Shown one piece after another: positions 1-13,054 of a DNA stretch of 64,000 nucleotides. The notes below the pieces were generated by a model. It worked only from the letters and a program-made list of their open reading frames with translations, was not told where the DNA came from and searched no databases. The position numbers and the translations under genes are program-made. The DNA comes from Octopus vulgaris (Eukaryota): contig OX597834.1 in assembly GCA_951406725.2 (NCBI GenBank), positions 12,648,001 through 12,712,000 on the forward strand, read 5' to 3'. Numbering within the stretch: position 1 is the first letter of the stretch; every line of letters starts with the position of its first letter.

Positions 1-400
1 TTAGCCCCTTGTGGGTAGTAAAGAAATAGGTATCTATTCTGCCGTTAAGTTCTGAGTTCAAATTTCACCGTGGTCGACTTTGCCTTTCATCCTTTCGGGG
101 TCGATTAAATGAGTAGCAGTTACGCACTGGGGTCGATATAATCGACTTAATACGTTCGTCTGTCCTTGTTTGTCCCTTCTGTGTTTAGCCCCTTGTGGGT
201 AGTAAAGAAATAGGTATTTCTTCTGCCGCTACGTTCTGAGTTCAAATTCCACCGAGGTCGACTTTGCCTTCCTTCCTTCCGGGGTCGATTAAATAAGTAC
301 CAGTTACGCACTGGGGGCGATATAATCAACTTAATACGTTTGTCTGTCCTTGTTTGTCCCTTCTGTGTTTAGCCCCTTGTGGGCAATAAAGAAATAGGTA
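1..400 (+). mobile_element. SINE family C (tRNA-derived, MESC/Meta-like central domain), head-to-tail multimer of ~184-bp units
   Basis: B-box GAGTTCAAATT, central GTCGACTTTGCCTTTCATCCTTTCGGGGTCGAT motif; tail TTAGCCCCTTGTGGG recurs at ~1, ~186, ~369. Confidence 0.8.
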
Positions 401-963
401 TTTCTAACGAGCCGAGTGACCATGTTGTATCGCATATTAACATCTGTACCTCATTCTGTCTACACTATTCAGGTTACTTTTCAGCGCAGTCAAAAGAGAA
501 AAAAAACAAAGTAATGAATTGATGAGAATTGGAACATGGTGTTAATTAAACTTGAGCTGGTGATGATCATCGGGAAGAAAAGGCATGGACTTGTGTTGCA
601 GTTTAAATTCTCTAGTTTTGGTAGATTGAGAGGAATAGTTAGAGCAGAGAAGAAAGGACTGATAGTAGAGCAGGTTCGGGAGACAGAAGAGGAAATGTAA
701 GAGAGTTAGAAAGGAAGTTACAGCAGTAGGAGGCGGAAGAGTATAAGAGGGAAACGCAACCGAAAAGACAGAGAAAGAGAGAGAATGAGAGAAATAGTCA
801 TACCGAAAGACAGACAGACAGATATATATAGAGTGATGGGAGGAGTAATGGAAAAACAGGAAGTTTGACAGAGAATTGAGAGAAAAGTAAGGAGAAGAGA
901 GTAAGCAAACAAATAAATAGGAAGAGTACTTGACCAATATATATATATATATATATATATATA

Positions 964-1376
964 GGAGCAGGAGTGGCTGTACGGTAAGTATCTTGCTTAC
1001 CAACAACATGGTTCCACGTTCAGTACCATTGCGTGACAAATTGGGCAAGTGTATTCTGCTATAGCCTCGGGTCGTCGAAGGACTTGTGAGAGGATTTCGT
1101 AGACGGAAACAGAAAAAAGCCCGTCGTATATATATGTGTGTATGTATGTATGTATATGTGTGTATATATGTTTGTGTGTATGTGTTTGTGTGTCTATACA
1201 CCGAGATCGCTTGAAATCGCTGCTGGTGTGTTTACGTCCCTGTAAAGCAGGGGTTCGGCAAAAGAGACTGAGAGAATAAGTACTAGGCTTACAAACAGTA
1301 AGTTAGATTTGCTCGACAAAAGTTGGTGCTCCAGCATGGCCGCAGTCAAGTGACTGAAACAAGTAAAGGAATAAAA

Positions 1377-1377
<1 letters not shown>
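964..1377 (+). mobile_element. SINE family A (tRNA head, CORE-like TTGGGCAAGT domain, internal microsatellite, LINE-like tail)
   Basis: GGAGTGGCTGT..GGTAAG head, TTGGGCAAGTG, tail GGTGCTCCAGCATGGCCGCAGTCAAGTGACTGAAAC; more than 10 copies in window. Confidence 0.85.
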
Positions 1378-1422
<45 letters not shown>

Positions 1423-1424
<2 letters not shown>

Positions 1425-1803
1425 GAGGCGCAATGGCCCAGTGGTTAGGGCAGCGGACTCGCGGTCGTAGGATCGCGGTTTCGATTCCCAGACCGGGCGT
1501 TGTGAGTGTTTACTGAGTGAAAACACCTAAAGCTCCACGAGGCTCCGACAGGGATGGTGGTGATCCCTGCTGCACTCTTTCACCACACATTTCTCTCACT
1601 CTTACTTCCTGTTTCTGTTGTACCTGTATTTCAAAGGGCCGGCCTTGTCACTCTCTGTGTCACGCTGAATATCCCCGAGAACTGCGTTAAGGATACACGT
1701 GTCTGTGGAGTGCTCAGCCACTTACACGTTAATTTCACGAGCAGGCTGTTCCGTTGATTGGATCAACCGGAACCCTCGTCGTCGTAACCGACGGAATGCT
1801 TCC
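1423..1803 (+). mobile_element. SINE family B (tRNA-derived), tail type 1
   Basis: A-box TGGCCCAGTGG and B-box-like GGTTTCGATTCC; same element reversed at 31327 and 60570. Confidence 0.85.
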
Positions 1804-1861
1804 ATACATACATATATATATATGTGTGTGTGTCTTTGTGTGTGTATGTGTGTGTTTGAGA

Positions 1862-2015
1862 ACCGATGCTGGTATGTCTAGTTCCCCGTAAGCTAGCGGT
1901 TCGGCAAAGGACACCGATAGAGTAAGTACTAGGCTTAGAAGGAATAAGCCGTCGGGTCAATTGTTTCGACTAAAGGCGGTGCTCCAGCATACCCGCAGTC
2001 AAATGACTGAAACAA
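1862..2015 (+). mobile_element. SINE family A 3' fragment
   Basis: CCGATGCTGG...GGCGGTGCTCCAGCAT...GACTGAAAC. Confidence 0.75.
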
Positions 2016-2418
2016 ATCAAATAATTTTTTTTTATTCGTGTTGTATATTTTACTGTCTCCAAACTGGAGACAGTAAAATATCCAAAGGAGTATATGAATC
2101 TCAGAATTGCTCTGGAGAAAGAAAATAGAAAATATTCATTATGAGACACGCTATCGATAATCGATAAATTTCCTGGATACAAATGGAAAAATTTTGTTCA
2201 TACCTACTGACGTGAACTGTTGCATGTATGATAGGTTACCTTACTGCATCTGTCCATAAAACAAAAACTTTCAGTGCAGTTTTTAGCTTGTCTGATCGTT
2301 CGTACTCGGTGATGGTACCGCAAATATATAAATAAATAGGAAAATAATAAAATACGAAATGAAAAACCGTAAGTAAAGTGCTTAATGTAAGTTATGGTAT
2401 ATATATATACATACATAC

Positions 2419-2471
<53 letters not shown>

Positions 2472-2500
2472 GTATATGTGTGTGTGAGTGAGTGTGTGTA

Positions 2501-2804
2501 GGCGCAATGGCCCAGTGGTTAGGGCAGCGGACTCGCGGTCGAAGGATCGCAGTTTTGATTCCCAGACCGGGTGTTGTCAGGGTTTATTGAGCGAAAACAC
2601 CTAAATCTCGACGAGGTTCCGGCAGGGTTGGTGGCTATCCCTGCTGTATTCTTTCGCCACAACCTTCTCTCACTCTTTCTTCTGTTGGCCTGCTCGTTTA
2701 GCCAGCGGGGTGGCGTCATTTGAAGGCTAAAACAATGCGAAGCGCATTGTGACCAGCGATATGTTGCAACATCTGATGCCCTGGTCGGTCACGTGATCAC
2801 ATGA
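2501..2804 (+). mobile_element. SINE family B head with alternative tail type 2
   Basis: Same head as 1423 copy but 3' part GGCCTGCTCG..GCCAGCGGGG...GGTCGGTCACGTGAT, also seen at 51555. Confidence 0.8.
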
Positions 2805-2894
2805 TATATATAGTAATGTTAATAGAAGGCACTTGCTGTAACTAAGATCAAACCAATGAACTATACTATCCATTCTGATATCTGCATATACAAA

Positions 2895-3110
2895 TATTCT
2901 TTTCTACTCAATGCACAAGGCCCGCAAATATGGGTGAAGGTGCCAGTCGATTACATCAACCCCAATACGTAGCTGGTACTTAGTTTATCAATCCTGAAAC
3001 AATGAAAGGCAAAGTCGACCTCGGCGGAATTTGAACTTAGAACATAAAGACAGACGAAATACTGCTAAGCATTTCGCCCGTCATGTTCACAGTTCTACCA
3101 GCTCGCCGCC
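2895..3110 (-). mobile_element. SINE family C variant
   Basis: Reverse complement of GGCGGCGAGCTGG head, B-box and central domain. Confidence 0.75.
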
Positions 3111-3384
3111 TTTATGCAGATACAAATATTAACACAAGTGTAACAACACCACAACTTCTCTTTTATAATTACCATAAATTTCTTTCCTTCCATCACGTTC
3201 TACACCTCCCCACCAAATACACACCATATACAAAAACACACATGGTTCAATCAACGTTTTCATTGATACAAACTGATAAACAATTTACACAAAAATGTTT
3301 CCCCTAAACACGCACACACACAGATATATATATATACATATATATATAAGTGTGCTGTATGTATGTGTGTGTGGGTATGTAAGT

Positions 3385-3466
<82 letters not shown>

Positions 3467-3542
3467 TTATATATATTTATATATATATTTATATATATAT
3501 GAATAAAACATGGAGTTAACGCAGGTTTAAACAAGTATTTTT

Positions 3543-3628
3543 ACTTTCGGCACATGTTTCGAAAATTCCACTGATACTATTCAAAAGAATAAATGGTATA
3601 AACAATGCAATCTTCTCTTCGGGAAAGT
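3543..3628 (-). ncRNA. Degenerate type I hammerhead ribozyme in a (TA)n-flanked PLE-type fragment
   Basis: Minus strand ACTTTC-CCGAAGA-GAAGATT...AATTTTC-GAAAC-ATGT-GCC-GAAAGT; stems I and II pair; two core substitutions. Confidence 0.55.
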
Positions 3629-3664
3629 GAAAAAACGAAACTATATATATATATATTCATTAAG

Positions 3665-3858
3665 TGTAAATATAATATGTGACAATTATTCGATAGCCAT
3701 GATAAAACTCCGAAGTTCGGATATCGGGGTGGAATTTCACTCCGGCATCTCTTCAGTTTTCTTCAGTTGAAGAGATGCCGGCTTGGGTTTCCGCCCCGAC
3801 ATCCGAGACTCGGAGTTTTATCATGGCTACCGAATAATTGTCACATATTGTATTTACA
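3665..3858. mobile_element. Inverted-repeat PLE-type fragment with two degenerate HHR-like arms
   Basis: ~90-bp arms 3665-3755 and 3768-3858; each arm has (C/T)TGAAGA-GATG...(C/T)ATC-CGA.AC; flanked by (TA)n. Confidence 0.55.
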
Positions 3859-4789
3859 GATAAATTCCTCTATTTACATAATATCGAGGTCTCTTTCATT
3901 CTTTTCTTGTCTTGCCATCTCTATTAATATATATTCCTTATGTATATGTGTAAGTATAGTCCACAAAATACCTAGTACAGAAATGTGTTGCTATCATAAT
4001 AAAAATCCCAAAGCCGTCCTTACTGGTCTGTTATGTCTTCTGTAAAAATGAGTGCAGTTTTTTTAAACATCAAGTACATTATATGGTCTTCGGTTCCTGA
4101 TATTCCGATGTGGCCGCAAATGGCGACAAAATGTCTTTGAAATATAATAGATGATCTAAAATACTACTCACGCAATCTATTAATCATTAAGTTAATTAGT
4201 TAGTTAGCTATCTAATGATACTGAAAATAATTCATATAAGCACAGTTCAAGTATTTTTCTTGGCAGAAAAGCAACATATGTTTCATGGTATCTTATATTC
4301 AGAAACTTACAAAACAGGTGCAAAACGCAATATATCAATGTAGTGTGTGTTTGCGTGTGTGTTACTGTCTATGTTCTTGTGTGTGTGTGCGCGTGTGTGT
4401 ATGTGTGTGTGTGTTTGTGTGAGTGGGTGGTGATGGTTGTTTGTGTGTTTGTGCTTGAGTTTTTCTATTTGTGTGTGAGTCCGTGTGGTTGTCACTGTTT
4501 TCGTACTGTGTAGTGGTATCTTTATGTGACCCTGTGTACACGAATGCGCGTGTGTTTATGTTATGTGTACTTATTACTTTATTTGAATAGAAGTATAGCT
4601 ATAGACCCGTATTTTGCATACTCAAAACGTGTTAGATTTCCAAATCCACAAGTCATTGACCTTCCTGCATCTTTAACGTGGTGTACTTAACCATGTGTTA
4701 CATGGTAACATAATGCTACCAAAACACATACGCTTCCTTATAAACCAATGGTTCCTGGTTCAGTTCCACTGCGTGGCACATCAACACCA

Positions 4790-5020
4790 GGTATTATTCT
4801 TTGTAAGCCTAGTGCTCTTTTGCCGAACCGCTAATTTACGGGGACGCAAACACACCAGCATCAGGTGTCAAGCGATGTTGAGGGGGGGGGGAGAAACACA
4901 GACACACAAACATACACACAAACACACACACACATATATATATATATATACATACGGCAGGCTTCTTTCAGTTTCCGTCTGCCAAATCCACCCACAAGGC
5001 TTCGGTTGGGCCGATGCTAT
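4790..5020 (-). mobile_element. SINE family A partial
   Basis: Reverse-complement body TTTTGCCGAACCGCTAA...CAGTTTCCGTCT. Confidence 0.75.
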
Positions 5021-5029
5021 AGTACAAAA

Positions 5030-5320
5030 TATGGGAACCAGTAGTAAGGAAGGATAGGAGTATATTAGATTTATAAGATCCAAATTTCGCTCCATAATTG
5101 CCCAAGATTCCGAGTTCGATTCCAGGCAGTGATCTGAATAAGAATATTAATAATAACAGCGAAAAATACCTTAGGAATGAGAACCCAGGTTCGATATTTC
5201 TCCAAGACACCTGGTGTAGGTTGAAACGTTGTGTCAACAACAAACAAGATGAGGACTAATATCTGTCAATTGTAAATAATGTAAATAATGTATATAACTC
5301 GTCATCTCTTAAATATAGAA
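5030..5320 (+). mobile_element. PLE 3' end (end of GIY-YIG ORF, partial tRNA-like cassette, deleted HHR)
   Basis: Homologous to 39455-39690 and reverse of 38150-38610; GACAC-CTGGTGT..GAAAC-GTT-GTGTC at 5206-5235; B-box GAGTTCGATTCC near 5112. Confidence 0.65.
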
Positions 5321-5950
5321 TTAATATTCCTTGCTAATAAATAATATTTGCTTTTACATTTGAATTATGACATGGCCCATACGATAAGAGTGATATACTT
5401 TTGTCATTCGGAAAGCGAATAACATTTTAGGGAGATATAGATGGGTAAGTATATCAGCCCATATTTTCTACTCTTTTGCACTAAATCAATGATAGACAAC
5501 GCTATGTTTCTGGTAATGTTTTTGCTGAAATAACCTACGTGACCTAATTCAGCTGTTTACATTCATATTCGATTCTGCGCTACTTATATAATGTCAAGCG
5601 AATTTTATGGAAATTTCAATAAGGAAAACTCGATAAAGACTGAATACATTTTGCCAATTCTTAAGATATTCATAAATTCCGTAAACGATTTCTATAATAA
5701 TAACATTTTTTTTCCTTCAATTGTTTCTAAATGTTGGTAAACACGAATGTACATATAAAAATATATGCATATTCATAGAAATAAACATAAACGGATTTAT
5801 GCATAAGTGTACATACACAGACACTGATGCACGTATTTGCACACATTCATTTCCTTTTTTTCATATACATATATAAATATATATACATGTATATATAAAT
5901 GCACATATATATGTATGTGTGCGTGCGTGCGTGCGTGCGTGCGTGCGTAT

Positions 5951-6175
5951 ATACATACATATATACATACATACATACATACATACATACATACATACAT
6001 ACATACATACATACATACATACATACATACATACATACATACATACATACATACATACATACATACATACATACATACATACATACATACATACATACAT
6101 ACATACATACATACATACATACATACATACATACATACATACATACATACATACATACATACATACATACATACA

Positions 6176-6237
<62 letters not shown>

Positions 6238-6520
6238 CATACATACATACATACATACATACATACATACATACATACATACATACATACATACATACAT
6301 ACATACATACATACATACATACATACATACATACATACATACATACATACATACATAGGATACATACATACATACATACATACATACATACATACATACA
6401 TACATACATACATACATACATACATACATACATACATACATACATACATACATACATACATACATACATACATACATACATACATACATACATACATACA
6501 TACATACATACATACATACA

Positions 6521-6548
<28 letters not shown>
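5951..6548 (+). repeat. (TACA)n microsatellite, ~600 bp, with a (TA)n and a GGA interruption
   Basis: Directly visible. Confidence 0.97.
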
Positions 6549-6566
<18 letters not shown>

Positions 6567-6765
6567 CATATCCATATATGTTTGGATAGACGGATAGATA
6601 CATACATAGATACATATAGATACCTACACACATACATAGAGGGAGAGAGAGAGGTACAGAGAGTTAGAGAGAGCAAGCGAGAGAGATATATGCATTGTTA
6701 CATACACACATATGTATATATATATATCTACATTCATTACTATATACAAAGACATATACTCCGTG

Positions 6766-6816
<51 letters not shown>

Positions 6817-7523
6817 TATATATAGTTTGTGTGTATTATTGCCGATATATATATGTATATATGTGTTTCTTCTGTGAGTGTTTGTGTCTCAGTGTTTGTG
6901 ATTAGTTGTGCTTGCGTTGATAGGTTTCGGCATGCTGTTAATTGCATTTTTATATTTAATTTCTTCTTATATTCTCTACACTATTTACCAATAATTTTCA
7001 GCCGCATAGAATCAAATCAATAACCATACATAACACAAATTCTGACATTATAAAAACCAGAGATTATTACAGTGTCTGCATGGTCCGCTTTTAACCGATG
7101 GCCATTTCATACTATCCAATTATTTACTAGGTTTCATTTACTGCTTTCCAAAATAATAATGGAGTTAGATTGTCTGGAGTGAATGATTATAATGGCGATT
7201 TGTTTCTTTCTCGAGTTCTTTGTTCCGTTTTCTCGCGATGGACTTGTGTTTGTGCATCTAATCATTATTCTGTCACATGATTAGTCGGAGAAAGCCAGAC
7301 ACACAAAGACACACACACACGCAAAAATGTACACATACACATTCATGTACACGAAAATGCACGCATGCACATCATACATACAAATGAACACACACGCAAT
7401 CAAATGCACGCGGCTTCAGCAACCTAAGTGAAATCGTATTATAGAAAGGGTCCCAAACTACTCCCTATTTGAAGTACTTAAGTTCTATTTTGGTAAATAG
7501 AACATTACAGAATAAGTAATTTA

Positions 7524-7524
<1 letters not shown>

Positions 7525-7576
<52 letters not shown>

Positions 7577-7588
7577 GTATGTATGAGT

Positions 7589-7627
<39 letters not shown>

Positions 7628-7704
7628 GTATAGTATATATGAGTGTATATATATAGTATATATATATATATATATAGAGTATATATGTATATATATATAG
7701 TATA

Positions 7705-7739
<35 letters not shown>

Positions 7740-7743
7740 TATA

Positions 7744-7785
<42 letters not shown>

Positions 7786-8025
7786 AGTATAGTATATATA
7801 TATATATAATATAGTATATATATATATAGTATATAAAAAAAAGTATATATATATATATATATATATAAAAAAAAAAAAAAAGTATAGTATATATATATAA
7901 TATATATATATATGTGTGTGTGTATATATATATTATAGTATATATGTGTATATATATATATTATAGTATATGTGTATGTGTATAGTCATATAAGATCCTA
8001 TGTGTATATATGTATATGTATGTAT
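7525..8025 (+). repeat. (TA)n-rich compound microsatellite
   Basis: Directly visible. Confidence 0.9.
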
Positions 8026-8789
8026 AATAGGTATAAAAGTGTTCCAGTGCTGTGTAAAGTGAATTCTGTAAAAGCATTTTTGCGCTTTATAACTGCAACA
8101 AACCACAAAAACAAGTCTAATAACAATTTTCACATTCATCTCCGTGAAATTCTTGAAAGCAAAATATCTTATAATAATGGTTTCTCGCTTTATAAAATGC
8201 CTCATAGTCATACATTTTCTGACCATCTGTCTTATATACCGAACATCAGTGTGATTCTTGCCATCTCTCGCGAATTTTTACAAGCTAACTGAAGTATTAT
8301 TATTGGGCAATAATGATCACCTCTCATTTTTAATATAATGGTTTTTGCGTGAAATGATAATATATATGTCAGCCTGGGAAAGCCAAATTTGAAAAGATAA
8401 GATGTTGTCAAGCTAACAGCATACAACTATATTTATTCAGAATTAGTAACTTTCAAGATAAAAAGAAGTTAGCATATATTGGAAGGTTGGTGATGAAAGC
8501 TATAATATCTCAATAAAAGTCATCTAGGATTTACGTTTTAGCTATTAGACAGAGAAGAGCAATCCTGAAATATTATAAATTTCAATATCTATGTTGCTGA
8601 TAATTTGTACGAAATATATAAGATGGGACTTATGACAAGCTAATAATACTGATAAATGTGTTAGCTAACTTTTCCGACATAAAGTGAAACCCGACTGTCG
8701 AAACGCAACGTGTTCAAACTGTATTTGACAGTTTTCAAAAAGTGGAAAACCACATATACCATCCAGAAATTAAAGTATTTTCAAAAATC

Positions 8790-9020
8790 AGAAATTATCA
8801 ATTAGATTATGGCTGGAGATAACAGCTTGGTCAAAGTAATGACAGTCAGTTTCCACCATGGCCTCAAGGTAGCTCCGGAACTTGAGGTATGTGTTTCTCA
8901 CAGAGAATCTAAAGAACTTCGAAGTCAATGAACCTGGTTTCTGCTCGGTCTTCGTGTTGCTGGCAGAATAGAGGACGTCTTTCTCAACCACCTACAAGTT
9001 GAGTTTTAACTATGAATCTT
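8790..9020 (-). pseudogene. Tc1/mariner (DD37D/maT-like) transposase C-terminal remnant
   Basis: Translation VEKD...NTKTE...KFRSYLEAMVETDCHYFD resembles the RFRSRLEAVVEAxGxYFE terminus. Confidence 0.5.
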
Positions 9021-9029
9021 GGTCTAAAG

Positions 9030-9249
9030 CAGTGCCTTTTAAACTTTTTGCTGGAGCAGAACCCCAAGGAAACATTCCACTGGCTCGAGGAACCCCAGTG
9101 CAATAATTTAATAGTCTTATGCACACATATCTGCACAGGAGAATTAAAAAATTACTGCCGATTTTAGCAGTTTTGTAACTTCTTGCGGAACCCCTGGACT
9201 GTACTGGTGGAACTCTAAGGTTCCGCGGAACCCTGGTTGAAAACCACTG
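9030..9249. mobile_element. hAT (Charlie-type) non-autonomous MITE
   Basis: Imperfect TIRs CAGTG...CACTG; perfect 8-bp TSD GTCTAAAG at 9022-9029 and 9250-9257; internal GGAACCC repeats. Confidence 0.85.
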
Positions 9250-9350
9250 GTCTAAAGAATATGACATTTGTCTATGATATCTGGTAACTCGATCGAATTT
9301 ATGGTATCATGAAGGTAATCCACACATGCAAACCATACTGCAGTGCTGCA

Positions 9351-9553
9351 CTCTTTTACTTTGACTGCGGCCATGCTGGAGCTCCGCCTTTAATCGAGCA
9401 ACTCGACCCCGGGACAGATACTTTTGTAAGCCCAGTACTTATTCTATCGGTCACTTTTGCCTAACCGCTAAGTATCGGGGACATAAACACACCAGCATCG
9501 GTTGTCAAGCAATGGTAGGGGGACAAACATAGACACACAAACACACACACACG

Positions 9554-9596
<43 letters not shown>

Positions 9597-9758
9597 GACG
9601 GGCTTCTTTCAGTTTCCGTCTATCAAATCCACTCACAAGGCTTTGGTCGGTTCGAGTCTATAGTAGAAGACACTTGCCCAAGGTGTCACGCTGTGGGACT
9701 GAACCCGGAACCATGTGGTTGGTAAACAAACTACTTACCACACGGCCACTCCTGCGCC
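9351..9758 (-). mobile_element. SINE family A, full length
   Basis: Complete reverse-complement copy. Confidence 0.85.
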
Positions 9759-11489
9759 TATGCACTGATAATTTTTACGCCATGTGAAGAGATATTTGCA
9801 GTCGGACTAAAGGGATTTAGCGGCGTATAACTACGTCACAAACTTAGATTCCTTTTACAATGTGGATGTTTCTCAATAGAGAAGAGTAAATTATGTTGTA
9901 ATGGAATGACACTAAATCTATTTACGTCTGAAAGTTGTAGGTATTTTCGGACGACGAAATATAGTAGTGATCATCATATTTAAGTTGTTGAAATTTATCG
10001 GAAAATATTTAGAAAGAATATATAAATCATAGTTTCAGATATTGATGCTCTCTGCACATGGTAATTATTTTCGTTTTTGGTGGACTTCAACAGACATTAG
10101 CATGTATGTTGTATGCTGAAAATATTTCTGTAGAGTCATTGATCTGATCTGGAAGTAGATTTAACTACTAAGAACTACAACCACGTCGAAACCACAGTGC
10201 CTCAGAGCCGGTTTCAACTCCTCATCTGAAATGAATTGTTCTCCAGCTCCGTAATTTAACTGAGATTGACATAGTGAAATTGAAATCTGACAGAAAATTA
10301 AGTCCATATATTTATAACCGTTTTCCCAGTTTGTCTCACTGCACAGGCATTTAATAAAATTGTAATTTCGTTTTATTAAAATCTAACGTGGTACTTTGTG
10401 ATATATTTGGATGTTTTATGATCCTTTCAAGAAGGGAAATATTGTATATCAAATTAATGGATTAAAAATCCAATTACTATTGTAATTCAGTATCGGTTTT
10501 TATGAAAGTAAACTTGGCTCTGAAATGCTCACGGATCAAACCTATTACATATTGAATGTAATGAGAATCCAAGCGTAAGTTCAGTTCATTTAAGCTGATG
10601 GCCTCGTTTATGTAATAGAATGAGAATAGATTCAGCAACCGGTCATTTGCCAAAGATTTTATATTCTTAAGAAAGCAAATACGCAGAATGACTCTACGTA
10701 AATTATGTAAGAGTTTTATTATATCCTGAGAGGAAAATATAATGGAGAACTTGTACAAGTAATCCTAAAATGAAACAGAAATAGTAACGCTAATTTGCCG
10801 ACAATTCCGACACAAATACCACAGAGAAATTTATAAGGAACGTTTTCTTAAGTAGAGCATGAGGAAATGTATTTTTACGAGTGTCAAAGGATTGGACGAG
10901 AAACTCAATTCATCACTTTCTTGCCAACAATCATTGTAACGAATCGTTTTATAGTTCGAGATGTCACTCTATTCATTTGGAAGAAACTACTTCCAATCTG
11001 CTCAGATCGATATTTTCGTCAACTAACTGTGAGTTTGAAATCCCTGGCGGTAGTCGAAGTTTATGAAACATAAAGCATACTGGTAAATATCTTATGCGAG
11101 TAACATCAACAGTGATATTTGATGTTCAACAGGCAATTGTAAGTTACGCTGTATATTGTAAATATATTTTGATTTCGTTGAATCAGGAATATATCATCTT
11201 ACGAATAATAAACATCAATGTGTTAAGGAAGATATCTTATTGTTGTCGATTAACAAGGATAAGGTATTGATTACTAATTCGGATAGACGACATCTGAAAG
11301 GGGGTAAGGCATATTTGTTTACTGTCGCTATTTCAGAGGAAATACAGCAGATATAATCCATTTCAGAGTCTCCGAGATATAGGGAGATATGAAAGAAACT
11401 AACAACACATGGAATTCTTCTAAAGACAGCAACATAGCAATTCTAAGTCTAATACGGGAGTACGCCTGGCTAAATTCTTAACAATAATT

Positions 11490-11645
11490 TGTCAGTCTCA
11501 ACGTTCTAAGTTCAAATTCCACCGAGATCGACTTCGTCTATCATCATTTGCATTTCGACAAAATAAGTACCAGTTGACCACTGGAGTCGATGTAATTGAC
11601 TTATACCCTACTCGGAAATTTCTGGCTTTGTGCCAAAATCTGGAA
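11490..11645 (+). mobile_element. SINE family C, diverged
   Basis: AGTTCAAATTCCACCGAG...AAAATAAGTACCAG. Confidence 0.6.
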
Positions 11646-12043
11646 ATCGATTTGATGTCTGACATGTAGAAGATTGGGGGTCCTTGCTCAAAAGAGCAGG
11701 TACACGTCTTTCGTATGCCAGATTGCTCAAAAAAGGCGTTCGGTGACAGAAAAATAGAAGATAAGACAATGTTTGATGGGAGAGATTAACAAAATCAAAT
11801 CGGAAATATTTAGTGAAAAAACAAATATTTCGACGTAAGTATTTTAAGTACGATATTCAAGATTCGAAGTAGATATCTAGTATTGTTTTCTCAAATACAG
11901 ATGAACCAAAAGGGTAATGAACCGTCGTGATATTTCAGATCTGAATAGGAAGTTAACTCAAATAAATACAACAATGCCGATCCAGCCTCTACCATTCCTG
12001 CAAAGTGAATTTGATATACAATAAGTATATCAAATACAATATA

Positions 12044-12448
12044 GGCGCAAGAGTGGCTGTGTGGTAAGTAGCTTGTTTACCAACCACATGGTTCCGGGTT
12101 CAGTCCCACTGCGTGGCATCTTGGGCAAGTGTCTTCTGCTATAGCCCCAGGCCGACCAATGCCTTGTGAGTGGATGTGGTAGACGGAAACTGAAAGAAGC
12201 CCGTCGTATATATGTATATATATGTATGTGTGTGTTTGTGTGTCTGTGTTTATCCCACTAGCATTGCTTGACAACCGATGCTAGTGTGTTTACGTCCCCG
12301 TCACTTAGCGGTTCGGCAAAAGAGACCGATAGAATAAGTACTGGGCTTACAAAGAATAAGTCCCGGGGTCGATTTGCTCGACTAAAGGTAGTGCGCCAGC
12401 ATGGCCGCAGTCAAATGACTGAAACAAGTAAAAGATAAAAGAAAAGAT
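12044..12448 (+). mobile_element. SINE family A, full length
   Basis: Head, CORE-like domain, tail and AAAAG-rich 3' end. Confidence 0.85.
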
Positions 12449-12668
12449 AAGCTATTTTTAATATAAGCAAAATTCAAGACTTTTATGGCATTTTCATTTA
12501 ATCATAGCTATACTTTAAATGAACCGAACTATGACACACTGTCTTTCTCTTTGAACTGAAAGGAAGATAAACACGTAAAAGACTAAAGGGCTTCAGTCAA
12601 ACACATTAGATTATGCTGAGGGTTATTATGTAGTGGGACACACTACAAGTCATCCAATGTGTAATATA

Positions 12669-13054
12669 TCTTTATATATAAAAGTGAAGTTGTCTCCTAC
12701 GATTTAGATTCCTAACTACTCCCACATTTTGCGGTGCAGTGTAACCAAAAGCGGGTATCTTATAGTCGTGATTCATATCGAACCCTTCTGGGTACTAGCG
12801 CGCGTCTACGATGAGTCTACGCTTTTAAAAAAAATTTACCATAACTTTTTCCCATTTTTAATGCATTTTTTTGCTATTATATAAGGAAATCACTCTCTAA
12901 AAATGTATTATTAAATCTCAGAACGTAAAAAGCTACAGTAACACCCACCTTTGTGGTTAGCCATATTGAGATGGCTATTATACTTTACATCTCTAAAAAT
13001 GCTTATATAATTATTTCCCTTACAAACCCGAGCAACGCCGGGCGATACTGCTAG
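12669..13054 (+). mobile_element. Non-autonomous Helitron
   Basis: A|TC 5' end, subterminal hairpin CCCG-AGCAACGC-CGGG, 3' CTAG|T, no TSD; second copy at 23362. Confidence 0.8.

Noticed and set aside
5797-6905. Long ORFs (YIHT/MYVC repeats), likewise at 14986-16008, 48280-49132, 54276-55324 and 62931-63988
   Set aside because: Stop-free translations of microsatellites; only the last ~50 codons of 62931-63890 are real LINE sequence
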